NCBI RefSeq assembly: GCF_963921235.1
Contig: NC_086109.1
Coordinates: 12,338,001 to 12,371,806 of the forward strand
Direction of reading: 5' to 3'
Length of the DNA stretch: 33,806 bases
Source of the DNA: Mobula hypostoma
Taxonomy: Eukaryota
Shown here: in pieces, positions 1 to 11,907 of the stretch
Layout of the letters: each line of letters begins with the position of its first letter
Numbering within the stretch: the first letter of the stretch is position 1
Notes under the pieces: model-generated
What the model was told of the DNA's origin: nothing
The model's input: the letters and a program-made list of their open reading frames with translations, nothing else
Databases searched by the model: none
Translations under genes and position numbers: made by a program

Positions 1-355
1 GCCTCTGAAGTTGAGAGAGTAGATTTTCAGTCAGCCTCATACAGCAATCTTTCTTAATATATAAAAACTCAAAGTCCCAAGAATCTTTCTGGGAAAACTT
101 TGCTGTAACTCAGTCCATTGTAAATATATGCAACATACATCGAAGTTGCTGGTGAACGCAGCAGGCCAAGCAGCATCTGTAGGAAGAGTTACAGTCGACG
201 GTTCAGGCCGAGACCCTGCATCAGGACTAACTGAAGGAAGAGTGAGTAAGGGATTTGAAAAAGGGATTGTAAATATATCCTTCCTTATATGGAAAAAAAC
301 AGAGCCATACAAAATGGTCCAGATGCAGTCTTAGTAAAGCTCTATATACTCGGAA
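1..355 (-). mobile_element. Old CR1 LINE fragments interrupted by a PLE terminus
   Basis: Reverse complement of ~290-350 resembles the CR1 RT 3' region (LVRPHLEY-like); strongly degraded. Confidence 0.35.
130..265 (-). mobile_element. Penelope-like element 3' terminal fragment with degenerate hammerhead
   Basis: Near-identical to 14590-14720; flanked by 13-bp direct repeat ATTGTAAATATAT (117-129, 266-278); hammerhead core mutated (CTGATGC...GAAC) at 193-228. Confidence 0.85.
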
Positions 356-498
356 CATGATAATCACTCTGTTAGTATTTAAATACCTGAAGGATATTAT
401 GATTGAGGAGCGGGTGGTGGGAGTGGGGTGTCAGAGTGGATATTGTAGAAGTCAGAGTAAGAGGCAAGAGCATTTTGACATTCGAAGATATGATCTAG

Positions 499-930
499 TC
501 TCTAAGAGGATCACAACCTTGTCGTGGTTTGAAGATTTGTGTGCCTCAATGACTCAAAGAGTTAATTTGGCTGGATTCAAGGCATTATGACTTGGCTCTT
601 GGTAGGGACACCCTTGCCACACAGTTCAAAGGGTAGAGGCCAGACTAAGAGTGGTCCATTGGTCCTCCAGGTTCAGAGTTCAGCAGTTCAGCCCAGGGCT
701 AACAACCCTGATAGGTAAAATAAAACTGTTGTGGTAACAGCAATAAGGAATCATTTTACATCCGAGTGTGATGCTATTCTTGAGCTTCAACTCACGACTT
801 GCACGATTAACAGTAGTGAAAACTGAAAGGATGCTAATGACATGATGAAGGGAGCCCTGAACACCAGCAGAAATGGAGGACCTTCTTTGCAGCCCCAAAC
901 GCCAGCGGTGTAACAGGCAGTAACACAGCG
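499..930 (+). mobile_element. Non-autonomous RTE derivative (5' UTR fused to 3' end)
   Basis: 5' part resembles 4520-4670 (ACCTTGTCGTGGT; GGTAGGGACACCC); 3' part has an RTE-type end (ATGGAGGACCTTC...GGCAGTAA); near-perfect 9-bp TSD ATGATCTAG (490-498) / ATGATCTGG (931-939). Confidence 0.7.
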
Positions 931-1069
931 ATGATCTGGACTTAGACCCTTACTGCCATTTGGTTATACTTGCTGATGAAGGAGAACTGGAAAGCTGGGT
1001 GTGTGGAAGAAGCATCTCAGAATCAGCTTGACAAAGTAATTATGTGGCTAGATTAAGGCAGAAGAGTTA

Positions 1070-1310
1070 CACTCAGTGACCACTTTTTTGGCTACACCTG
1101 TACACCTGCTTGTTAATTCGAATACCTAATCAGCCAAGCATGTGGCAGCAAATCAGTGTATAAAAGCATGCAGGTCTGGTCAAGAGGTTCAGTTGTTCAG
1201 ACGAAAGACTGGAATTGAGAAAAAATGTGACATAAGCAATTAACAAAAAGCATCCAGTGAGCGGCAGTTCTGTGCGTGCAAATGCCTTGTTAATGAGAGA
1301 GGTCAGATGT
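1070..1310 (+). mobile_element. Tc1-like transposon fragment, family A (left end)
   Basis: TA then CACTCAGTGACCACTTT terminus; similar to 11362-11907 and 26510-26750. Confidence 0.75.
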
Positions 1311-1537
1311 ATTGGAAACCACTGCCTTTTTAAAATAATACTTTTTATAAGGTTTGTACTTTTTAACAAACTCATGTACTTTTCACAGTACATGCTGGTT
1401 TATCCCCACTTACTGGCAAAAAGTGGTATAGCAGTTAAACTGATAATTTATCAGCTTTCTCACTTTTCATTGGCTAAATTTTAGGTCATTACTTACATGA
1501 GGTAATTGTTTTAGTGATGAAGCCTATTAACTAGTTA

Positions 1538-4442
1538 CATGGAACATAGAACATAGAACATAGAATAGCACGGTACAGCCCCTTCGGCCCACAATGTTGT
1601 GCCGATCCTCAAACCCTGCCTCCCATATAAGCCCCCACCTTAAATTCCTCCATATACCTGTCTAGTAGTCTCTTAAACTTCACTAGTGTATCTGCCTCCA
1701 CCACTGACTCAGGCAGTGCATTTCACGCACCAACCACTCTCTGAGTAAAAAACCTTCCTCTAATATCCCCCTTGAGCTTCCCACCCTTTACCTTAAAGCC
1801 ATGTCCTCTTGTATTGAGCAATGGTGCTCTGGGGAAGAGGCGCTGGCTATCCACTCTATCTATTCCTCTTATTATCTTGTACACCTCTATCATGTCTCCT
1901 CTCTCCAAAGAGTAAAGCCCTAGCTCCCTTAATCTCTGATCATAATGCATACTCTCTAAACCAGGCAGCATCCTGGTAAATCTCCTCTGTACCCTTTCCA
2001 ATGCTTCCACATCCTTCCTATAGTGAGGTGACCAGAACTGGACACAGTACTCCAAGTGTGACCTAACCAGAGTTTTATAGAGCTGCATCATTACATCGCG
2101 ACTCTTAAACTCTATCCCTCGATTTATGAAAGCTAACACCCCATAAGCTTTCTTAACTACCCTATCCACCTGTGAGGCAACTTTCAGGGATCTGTGGACA
2201 TGTACCCCAAGATCCCTCTGCTCCTCCACACTACCAGGTATCCTGCCATTTACTTTGTACTCTGCCTTGGAGTTTGTCCTTCCAAAGTGTACCACCTCAC
2301 ACTTCTTCGGGTTAAACTCCTTCTGCCACTTCTCAGCCCACTCCTGCATCCTATCAATGTCTCTCTGCAATTTTTGACAATCTTCTACACTATCTACAAC
2401 ACCACCAACGTTTGTGTCGTCTGCAAACTTGCCAACCCACCTTTCTACCCCCACATACAGGTCGTTAATAAAAATCACGAAAAGTAGAGGTTCCAGAACA
2501 GATCCTTGTGGGACACCACTAGTCACAATCCTCCAATCTGAATGTACTCCCTCCACCACCACCCTCTGCCTTCTGCAGGCAAGCCAATTCTGAATCCACC
2601 TGGCCAGACTTCCCTGGATCCCATGCCTTCTAACTTTCTGAATAAGCCTACTGTGTGGAACCTTGTCAAATGCCTTACTAAAATCCATATAGATCACATC
2701 CATCTATATGCCTGGTCACCTCCTCAAAGAACTCTATCAGGCTTGTTAGACACGATCTGCCCTTCACAAAGCCATGCTGATTTTCCCTGATCAGACCATG
2801 ATTCTCTAAATACCCATAGATCCTATCTCTAAGAATCTTTTCCAACAGCTTTCCCACCACAGACGTAAGGCTCACTGGTCTATAATTACCCGGACTATCC
2901 CTACTACCTTTTTTGAACAAGGAGACAACATTCGCCTCCCTCCAATCCTCCAGTACCATTCCCGTGGACAACGAGGACATAAAGATCCTAGCCAGAGGCT
3001 CAGCAATCTCTTCTCTCGCCTCGTGGAGCAGCCTAGGGAATATTCCGTCAGGCCCCGGGGACTTATCTGTCCTAATGTATTTTAACAACTCCAACACCTC
3101 CCCTCCCTTAATATCAGCATGCTCCAGAACATCAAACTCACTCATATTGTCCTCACCATCATCAAGTTCCCTCTCATCGGTGAATACCGAAGAGAAGTAT
3201 TCATTGAGGACCCGCTCACTTCCACAGCCTCTAGGCACATCTTCCCACCTTTATCTCTAATCGGTCCTACCTTCACTCCTGTCATCCTTTTTTTCTTCAC
3301 ATAATTGAAGAATGCCTTGGGGTTTTCCTTTACCCTACTCGCCAAAGCCTTCTCATGCCCCCTTCTTGCTCTTCTCAGCCCCTTCTTAAGCTCCTTTCTT
3401 GCTTCCCTATATTCGTCAATAGACCCATCTGATCCTTGCTTCCTAAAGCTCATATCTGCTGCCTTCTTCCACCTGACTAGATTTTCCACCTCACTTGTCA
3501 CCCATGGTTCCTTCACCCTACCATTCTTTGTCTTCCTCACAGGGACAAATTTATCCCTAACATCCCGTAAGAGATCTCTAGACATCGACCACATATCCAT
3601 AGTGCATTTCCCTTCAAAAACATCATCCCAATTCACACCCGCAAATTCTAGCCTTCTAGCCTCATAAGTTGCCTTTCCCCAATTAAACATTTTCCTGTCC
3701 TTTCTGATTCTATCCTTTTCCATGATAATCCTAAAGGCCAGGGAGCGGTGGTCACTGTCCCCCAGATGCTCACCCACTGAGAGATCTGTGACCTGACCCG
3801 GTTCATTACCTAGTACTAAATCTAGTATGGCATTCCCCCTGGTTGGCCTGCCCACATACTGTGACAGGAATCCGTCCTGGACACACTTAACAAATTCTGC
3901 CCCATCTAAACCCTTGGAACTAATCAGGTGCCAATCAATATTAGGAAAGTTAAAGTCACCCATGATAACAACCCTGTTATTTTTGCACCTTTCCAAAGTC
4001 TGCCTCCCAATCTGCTCCGCTGTATCTCTGCTGCTACCAAGGGCCTATAGAATACCCCCAGTAGAGTAACTGCTCCCTTCCTGTTCCTGACTTCCACCCA
4101 TATTGACTCAAAAGAGGATCCTGCTACCTTACCCACCCTTTCTGTAGCTGTAATAGTATCTCTGACCGGTAATGCCACCCCTCCTCCCCTTTTTCCGCCC
4201 TCTCTATCCCTTTTAAAGCACTGAAATCCAGGAATATTGAGAATCCATTCCTGCCCTGGTGCCAGCCAAGTCTCTGTAATGGCCACTACATCATAATTCC
4301 ATGTATGTATCCAAGCTCTCAGTTCATCACCTTTGTTCCTGATGCTTCTTGCATTGAGATACACGTATTTCAGCCCTTCTACCTTACTGTCTTTACACCA
4401 TTTATTCTGCTTCTCTTTCCTCAAAGCCTCTCTGTATGTTAG
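1538..4442 (-). mobile_element. CR1 LINE, 5'-truncated, near-complete frameshifted ORF2 (APE endonuclease + RT)
   Basis: ORFs 3924-4424, 3142-3996, 2678-3238 and 1723-2703 contain YLNARSIRNK, ITETWL, GDFNFP, SDH, NYRPVSLTS, DFSKAFDKVPH, GVPQGS and FADD; (TTCTATG)n tail at ~1540-1563. Confidence 0.97.
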
Positions 4443-4519
4443 TTTATTCCTATCGAAGCACCTTGCCTTATATTAATTATAAAAGTAATAAATGTTTCAG
4501 ATGTGCCATCTTTTTGTCT

Positions 4520-4576
4520 CTTCTCCGTGGATTGTCACCTTGTCGTGGTGGAGAGGCTTGTGTGGTCCTGTGATCC
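4520..4576 (+). ncRNA. Putative HDV-like self-cleaving ribozyme at RTE 5' end
   Basis: P1 CTTCTCC (4520-26)/GGAGAGG (4550-56); P3 ACC/GGT with L3 TTGTCGT; G4542-C4557 as P1.1; P2 GGATTGT/GTGATCC; J4/2 non-canonical. Confidence 0.55.
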
Positions 4577-5192
4577 CAAGAACAATGCTGTCTGGAGCTA
4601 TGCTCCTGGTAGGGTCACCCATGGCGGTAAGGTCGAGGGTGAGGTCCCTGACAAAGAACAATCCAACCAAGACCTCAATGGTGGAACAGGCGGACGAAGT
4701 TACTTCAGTCTCAATGGCTGTGAAGGCAGATGAAGGCTGCAACAAATCCATCAGCTCCAATCGTCATGGTTTCCATGCCATTGGTTGATTTGTGAAGTAT
4801 CCTGTGCTTCTTGGAGTGCAACATTAAGTACACATTAAACAAATACACACACGGGCATCTTCACTCTGTCGGCCACTTCTTCAAGTCTTCGCTGATCAAG
4901 GGAGGGCGACAGGAGCAGGCACTGTGATGGCTGGAGGCTCCTAGTCAAGAACCGGCACGAAAGCGGTGAATAATTCATTCAGTCGCTCAACTTTTGGGCA
5001 GAAGCAGGAAAGTTGTTCGGCAGCAGTATTCACATCTGAGCAGCCCTATTTAGGATCCACTCTGCTCACCCTGAACTGGGAAAGGGCTAGAAAAGGTGCC
5101 CTAAAAATAGTCTGCTTCACCCCATCCTGTCTGGAAAGCCGCGTTCAGAGGGATCACCATCATGCGGTCAAAAAACATCGAGAAGTGAAACT

Positions 5193-8100
5193 ATGAAATT
5201 TGGAACCTGGAATATATGAACTCTGATGGATAATCCAAACTCAGAAGGACCAGAGAGGAGAACTGCCTTTGTTGCCCAGGAACACCAAAAATTCAACTTT
5301 GACATTGTTGCTCTGAGTGAGACCCACAGAGCTGGAGAAGGACAACTGAAGGAAGAGCAAGGTCAATACACCTTTTTCTGGAAAGGACTTGATCCTGAAC
5401 AACCGAGGATCCATGGAGTAGGTTTTGCCATCTGAAACAGCCTACTTCAGAAGCTGACAGAACAACCATCGGGAATCAACGAACGTCTCATGACTCTGCG
5501 GATCCAACTTGTCGAGAACCAACACGCCACCATCATCAGCACCTATGCTCCAACTCTGGACGCTGAAGATGAAGTAAAGATGAACTTCTACGCCCAACTT
5601 GATCACGTCCTTTCCTCTGTTCCCAACAAAAACAAGATCATTCTCTTGGGAGACTGCAATGCCAGAGTCGGGAACAATCATAGGCTCTGGACTGGATAAT
5701 AAGCAAGGAAGGAGTTGGCAAGGTCAACGCCAATGGAACACTCGTCCTCACCAAATGTGCTGAACACAAGCTGGTGATTACAAACACCCTATTTCACCAG
5801 AAAAACAGGCACAAAGTCTCCTGGCAGCATCCACGCCCCAAACACTAGCACCTCATCGACTACATCATCGTACGATCTCGGGACCAACAAGATGTACTGA
5901 TAACAAGAGCTGTTACTGGTGCTGACGAGTGCTGGACAGACCCTCGACTCATCTCGTCCATCATGAGAATGTAGATTCAGCCCAAAAGGAAACACCAAAA
6001 TCAGAACACTTAAGAAATTTAATATTGACATCCTTCAAGACATCAGCCATGTACAGAAGTTCCAACAAAATCTTCAAGAACAACTGCCTCAACAAATCCC
6101 ACCATCTGTAGAAGAACACTGGAATCAATTGAAGAAGGCTATCATCACCTCCTGCAAAGAAACAATTGGGTTCAAGACGAAAAAACATCAGGATTGGTTC
6201 GATGATAACAACAAACTACTCCAACAACTCATCGACAAAAAGAGAAAAGCTTTCATTACCTTACAATACGACCAACAATCGGCTACCAAAAGGAAACACT
6301 ATCAGGAATGCAAGGCTGCAGTTCAGAAGAGCACCTGAAACCTGAAAAGCCAATGGTGGAGGAAGAAAGCTCAGGAAGTCCAACAACTAGCAGACGCCAA
6401 TGACAAGCGAGGCTTTTTCAACGCAACTAAAGCTATTTTTGGCCCATCCACTCATGGTCAAGCCCCTCTCAAAATCAAAGATGGTTCAACCATCCTGAAG
6501 AGCAATGCTGACATCAATTCTAGATGGAGGGAGAACGTTGAAGATCTTCTAAATCAAACTGTCTCATTTGACAGGAATGTGATTAACAACATTCCAAAAC
6601 AGCCTGTTGTCGACTCCCTAAGCAAAAAGCAACACTTGAAGAAGTCAAGGAAGCCATCAAAACCTTGAAAATCAACAAGGCCACTGGACTCGATGGAATA
6701 TCAGCCAAGGTCTACAAATTTGGAGGTAACCCGCTTCATTATCAACTGCATTAACTTCTCATCAAGATTTGGATAAATGAATATGTACCAGCAGACTTTA
6801 GAGACTCAGCAATGGTTATCATCTACAAAAGGAAAGGCAATCGATCCAAATGCAGAAACTATCATGGTATTTCCCTGTCAGCAACAGCAGGAAAGGTCCT
6901 CACCCGTATCATGAACAATCGGCTCAGGCCTTTAGCTGAGAAGATCCTTCCGGAGACACAAGCCGGTTTTAGACCACCACATGGAGCAATCGACATGATC
7001 TTCACAATGCGACAACTATAAGAAAAATGTCGTGAACAACTTCAACCTTTGTACTTGGCATTCAATGACCTCACCAAAGCTTTTGACTTGGTATCAAGGG
7101 AACTCCTATGGGATGTCCTATCCACCTTTGGATGCCCTGAAAAGTACATTTGAATCCTGAGACTCCTCCATGATGGCATGCTTGCCACAGTCATGGTCAT
7201 CAACAGTAACTGTGAGTCTTTTCAAGTTAGATCAGGAGTAAAACAGGGATGCATGATTGCTCCAACTTTGTTCACCATCTTCATTGCGACAATCATCCAC
7301 ATTATCAAGGACAACCTACCCTCAGGAATCGAAATCGTCTACAGAACAGATGGCAGACTTTTCAATCTTGCCTATCTCAAGTCCAAAACAAAGACATCTA
7401 CAAGTTCCCTCATTGAGTTCTAATACGCAGATGACAAGTTTTGCAGCTCTTTCAGAAAACCATCTACAACAGATTCTGACTGCCTTCAACTGTGCATACA
7501 TGAAACCTGAACTTACCATCAATTCCAAGAAGACTCAGATCATCTATCAACCGTCACTAATTGAGACAAATCGGATAGAACCCTCAATTCAATTTGGCGA
7601 AACAACCCTGGAAACCGTGGACCACTTTCCGTACCTTGGAAGTCACCTCTCCTCCAATGTCGACCTTAATGACGAGATCCAACATCGTATTAAATGTGCC
7701 GGAACAGCTTTTGGACATCTCCGAACAAGAGTCTTTCATGATCGTGACATCCGAGCAGACACCAAAATGTTACTGTACAAAGCAGTGGTAATCCCAACAC
7801 TCCTGTATGCATCAGAAACCTGGACATCATACCGACGACATCTGAAGGCACTTGAAAGGTTCCATCAACGCTGTTTTCGAAACATCTTAAATATCAGCTG
7901 GGAAGATAGAAGAACCAACATCAGTGTGCTAAATGAAGCAAAAGCACAAGCATTGAAGCCTACGTCATCAAGAACCAACTAAGATGGAGCGGTCATGTTG
8001 TTCGGATGAAAGACGAACGTCTGCCGAAACAAATCTTCTGCTCCCAGCTTAAAGAAGGCAAACGTAAAAGAGGCGGACAACAGAAGAGATTCAAAGATGT

Positions 8101-8371
8101 CTTAAAAGCCAACATGAAGAAATGTAACATTGACATCAACAATTGGGAAACCAATGCCAAGGACAGGAAACCCTGGCAAATCATCATCCGAGAAGGAACA
8201 GCAACTTTCAAAGCCAACAGATGTGCAGAATTAGAAGAAAAGAGAAGAAAACAGAAAGAGAGGCAGCAACAACCAAAGCCTGATCTGCCATCTGGAACTA
8301 CCTGCCCTGAATGCGGAAGAACTTTCAAAGCCAAGATTGGACTCATAAGCCACTTTAGAGCCCATAAGTAG
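5193..8371 (+). pseudogene. RTE ORF (APE endonuclease, RT, C-terminal C2H2 finger) with multiple stops and frameshifts
   Basis: MKFGTWN, ALSET, YAPT, GDCNARVG, NYHGISLS, GVKQGC, YADD-equivalent, FPYLGS, CPECGRTFKAKIGLISHFRAH. Confidence 0.93.
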
Positions 8372-8477
8372 ATCAACAGAATGAAAACCATCATCCTCGA
8401 CCTCGAGGGATAGCCACGATGACTTTTTGTCTTCACATTCTTTGCCACTTTGAAGAATAGTCACATAAAATATTATG

Positions 8478-8640
8478 GATAGGCTTAAGGAAAAGCTGGA
8501 TAAGCATGAGAGAAAGGGACAAATAACTGGAAGGATGTGCTGATGGGATTCAATGAGAGGAGTGTTCGGAAGTTTGTGTCCAATATTAATACTGGACTGG
8601 ACTAGTGGGGATGAATGACCTGTAAGCTCCAATGTAATCC
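8478..8640 (+). mobile_element. Old CR1 3' end fragment
   Basis: Resembles CR1 3' UTR (AAGGAAAAGCTGGATAAGCA...). Confidence 0.45.
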
Positions 8641-8691
8641 AATTGTTAAATATTCTGAAGTATTCAGATAATTTATACTTCATGTCCGTAC

Positions 8692-8738
8692 CTGGGTTTC
8701 ATTGTTGCCTTCTCCGCGAGATGTGTTGTGCTTGGATT
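8692..8738 (-). pseudogene. Candidate cytoplasmic exon of receptor pseudogene 1
   Basis: gtattttccag acceptor, CAG|gtacgg donor, 47 nt reading (E/K)SKHNTSRGEGNNETQ; same strand, downstream of the Ig exons. Confidence 0.45.
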
Positions 8739-8799
8739 CTGGAAAATACACAATTACTGCTAAAAATTCCACGGCCATTACAGACATAAATATTTATGA

Positions 8800-9042
8800 T
8801 GGTATTAAAGAGCTGTAGTCAATAAAAAGGAGCCTTATGTATGCGTCTTTATTCTCCAGGTGTTCTAAGGAGGAATGTAGAGCCAGAGAGATGGCATCTG
8901 CCATTGACCTGTTGCTCCGGTAGGCGGATTGCAAAGTGTCAAGGTTGACTGGTAGGCTGTGGTTGATGTATGCCATAACCAATCTCTTGAAGCACTTCAT
9001 AGCAATTGATGTCAGAGCCACAGGTCGATAGTCATTCAGGCA
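8800..9042 (-). mobile_element. Rex1/Babar LINE RT fragment
   Basis: ORF 8794-9021: [14 protein letters not shown]...QSAYRSNRS...DAISLALH...LFIDYSS. Confidence 0.85.
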
Positions 9043-9043
9043 A

Positions 9044-9067
9044 CTATCTATCTATCTATCTATCTAT
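9044..9067 (+). repeat. (CTAT)6 microsatellite
   Basis: Six exact tandem CTAT units. Confidence 0.95.
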
Positions 9068-9069
9068 CA

Positions 9070-9215
9070 TTCAAAGACAAAGTCAAAGTAAATAATTATT
9101 ATCGAGTACGTACATGTCACCACATCCTACCATGAGATTCTTTTTCTACCAGTATACTTAGCAAATTTATAGAACAGTAACTGTGAACAGGATCAATGGC
9201 CAAGAAACTATGCAA
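9070..9215 (-). mobile_element. Rex/Babar-type LINE 3' UTR fragment
   Basis: Similar to the starts of 25875-26165 and 31580-31845. Confidence 0.5.
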
Positions 9216-9239
9216 AGTTTGACTTCGAGTTTGACTTTA

Positions 9240-10045
9240 TTGTCCCCAAACTTGGCCACAAAGCCATCAATACTGTCATCCAAATCATTGAGATAAAATA
9301 TGAAAAGAAGCGGTCCTAACACAGACCACTACAGAACAGCACATGTCACTCTTAGGAAACAGAAGGCACCCTCTATTCACAGTCTTTGCCTCCTGCCAGT
9401 CAGCAAATCTTCTATCCACGCTAGAATTTTTCCAGTGATACAAAGGCTTCTTATCTTGTTTAGCAGCCTCATGTGTGGCACCATGTCAAAGGCCTTCTAA
9501 AAATCCAAGTCAACAATATCCACTGACTCGCCTTTGTTGATTCTGCTGGTAATTTCCTTAAAGAATTCCATCCGATTTTTCAAGCAATATTTGCCCATAA
9601 GGGAACCATATTTTGTCATGTGCCTTCAAGTATGAAATCTCCTGCTGTTTTGTCTATCTGGTCCTGGTGACTTATCTAACTTCCAAGCTCCTTCTCTACA
9701 GTAACAAATGCACTCACTTCTGATAATGCCTACTTTGTGTCATACTGCTTGTGTCTTCCTCAGTGAAAAAACTTTGCAAAATATTTATTGAGTGTGTCCT
9801 CTATTTCCTCGTCTGTCATTATTACTATCTCTCTAGCGTCGTTATCCAGTAATCTGATATCCATTGTTGCTTCGCTTTTACTCTTCATATGTCTGAAAAT
9901 ATTTTGGTCACGTCTTTTATATTATTGGCTTGTTTCCCTTTATATTTCATCTTTTCTCTCCTTATCGCTTTTCATGTAGCCTTCTGTTGGCTTTTAAAAG
10001 CTTCCCAATTCGCTGACTTCTCACTAAGTTTTACCATATATAGGA
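9240..10045 (-). mobile_element. Degraded, internally deleted CR1 fragment
   Basis: Contains rc of KAFDMVPH-, HGFLMG- and DKSPGPD-type segments; similar to 18430-19400. Confidence 0.8.
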
Positions 10046-10217
10046 CCTTCCTTTCACTTTTATGACAGTGTCACTGTCTCACAACTCAACACTTATTCTA
10101 GCATATTCAATACAGAAACCAGATGTATGAATGGAATGCTCTCAACTTGTCTGGATGTACAAGTCCGACAATTTTTGAGATGCTCAGCATCTTCCTGGAG
10201 GAGGTGACAGACTTAAC

Positions 10218-10266
10218 CATTCACTGCACTTTCTTTCTACCCCATGGAGGCTGCAATGTGTAGCTT
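10218..10266 (-). pseudogene. Candidate post-C2 stalk exon of receptor pseudogene 1
   Basis: Acceptor ttctttgcatttgtag; start AAGCTACACATTGC resembles start AATCTAGACATACCTGT of the gene 2 exon at 32570; donor uncertain. Confidence 0.4.
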
Positions 10267-10366
10267 CTACAAATGCAAAGAAATTCCTTACCCTCACTAT
10301 ACAGCAGCAGTAACAGAGTAACAAAAAAAAACATTTAAATGATCCTCCCTTAAAATTAGAACTTGC

Positions 10367-10651
10367 TGGTGCTATTGATTTCCGTCTCATATCTGCAGAT
10401 CTCTCTGTTGTTGAAGATTGCCACATTAACCGTTCTGTTGTGTTTTTCTCCAAGCCTATTTGAGACACTGCAGTGATTTGTGGGGGCTGGATGTCTAAGG
10501 ATTGACAGTGCAAAGCCAGTTCATTAGTATCTGAGATGTTCAGATGCTCGGATGAGGCTTGTTCATACCAAGTGTACCGAATGGGAAGAGATCTCTGGAG
10601 AGAGTTATAGGACACTGACACCGAGCCCTCGAGATGGGAGACATTTGCTGG
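10367..10651 (-). pseudogene. Ig C2-type exon (3' part) of receptor pseudogene 1
   Basis: PANVSHLEGSVSVSYNSLQRSLPIRYTWYEQ...LHCQS, frameshift near 10478, then HCSVSNRLGEKHNRTVNVAIFNNREICRYETEINST; expected first Cys is Tyr; donor is GCAAGT. Confidence 0.88.
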
Positions 10652-11285
10652 TGAAACCATTTGGTTTCCTCAGCTGTGTAAGTCTAGGAAAGACAATCTC
10701 CGGTCCAGCCAAACTCGTGACATTGAGGTAGGCTTGATCCCTCCCAAACCTCAGTTTGTGTGGATGTTGTGTCATTTGCTACCCTGTTACAAAGCAACAA
10801 AGTAACAGACAGTATATTGCATACGATTAAAGGAATTATAGTTATGAATCTTTACTGAAGTGTTAGGAAAGAATAACAAAAAGAAAGTCCCATTCCAATT
10901 AACCAGTCGAATGTGCACACATTGGAGCTCATCTTGAACTTCTCTGTCACTCATGCACTGAGCCCTCGGTCACGTGAAAGCACACACCACCTTCCGAACA
11001 TCGCTTGCAATCCATCTCGAACAAACAGGCCTCCCACCAGATTGTATGCTACGACCGGTTCTCCCCAACATCTTCTCTCTTCATCTCCTCTTGAACAAAA
11101 GCCCCAAGACCAACCTTTTGTCCCACATCAAAAAAACCTCCTGCTAATTGGATGGCACACACTCCACATCATCCCTTATCTTCAACAATAATCCAAACAG
11201 GCTGAAAGCAGAACAGCAGCTCTTATAGAGCTGCCAAATGAAATACGTACAGCAAAGCAGTAAAGATGTGAACCAGGGCATTACA
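10652..11285 (-). mobile_element. Solo LTR (634 bp) inserted in the C2 exon
   Basis: TG...CA termini (TGTAATG...GGTTTCA on minus); 4-bp TSD CCAG (11286-11289, 10648-10651); TATA-like CTATAAGAG near 11225. Confidence 0.85.
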
Positions 11286-11304
11286 CTGGTGACAGACACA
11301 GGTT
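11286..11304 (-). pseudogene. Ig C2-type exon (5' part) of receptor pseudogene 1
   Basis: Acceptor ttcctccccacag; joins phase 1 to the V exon giving QVFN-E-PVSV. Confidence 0.75.
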
Positions 11305-11361
11305 CTGTGGGGAGGAATTCAATTTTCAGACACTGAATGAACATTTGAAAATTAAACTCTG

Positions 11362-11907
11362 ATCTGCCACTTTATTAGGTACTCCTATTCATCTGTTCAT
11401 TAATTAAAATATTTAATTAGTCAATCATGTGGCTGCAACACAGTCGACATAAGCAGACAGATATAATCAAAAGATTCGGTTGTTGTTTAGGCAATCAGAA
11501 TAGAGAGGAAGTGTGATCTTAGTGACTTTGATTGTGGAATGATAGTTGATGCCAGACAGGGAGGCATGAGTACCCAAGAAACTGTTGATATTGTGGGATT
11601 TGCACATACAACAGTCTCTAGAGTTTGCAGAGAGTACTGCCTAAAACAAACAAGAGTCCAGTGAGCAGGAATTTTGTGAGAAAAATGGCTTGTTAATGAG
11701 AGAAGTCAGAGGGATATGGCCAGACTAATTCAGGCTGACAGAATGATGGCAAGAATTCAAATAACCACACGTTATGACAGTGCTGAAGAACATCTAAACA
11801 CACAATACATCGAAGCTTAAAGTGAGTGGGTCACAGCAGCAGAAGACCATGAAGATACAGTGGTCACTTTATTAGGCGTAGGAGGTACCTAATAAAGTTT
11901 TCAGTGG
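11362..11907 (+). mobile_element. Tc1 family A internal-deletion derivative
   Basis: Inverted ends CACTTTATTAGGTAC / TACCTAATAAAGT; decayed transposase N-terminus (CDLSDFD...GMIV). Confidence 0.8.

Larger units (their letters stand above)
4520..8422 (+). mobile_element. Full-length RTE-clade LINE
   Basis: 10-bp TSD CTTTTTGTCT (4510-4519, 8423-8432); RTE-type 5' UTR; single decayed APE-RT ORF; 3' end GGGATAGCCACGATGA. Confidence 0.95.

Noticed and set aside
10184-10660. 158-aa ORF as an intact Ig protein
   Set aside because: ATG comes from the LTR end; the frame leaves the Ig reading at ~10478 and runs through intron.
10670-10700. ttcctag as the native C2 splice acceptor
   Set aside because: It lies inside the TSD-flanked LTR; the true acceptor is at 11305-11306.
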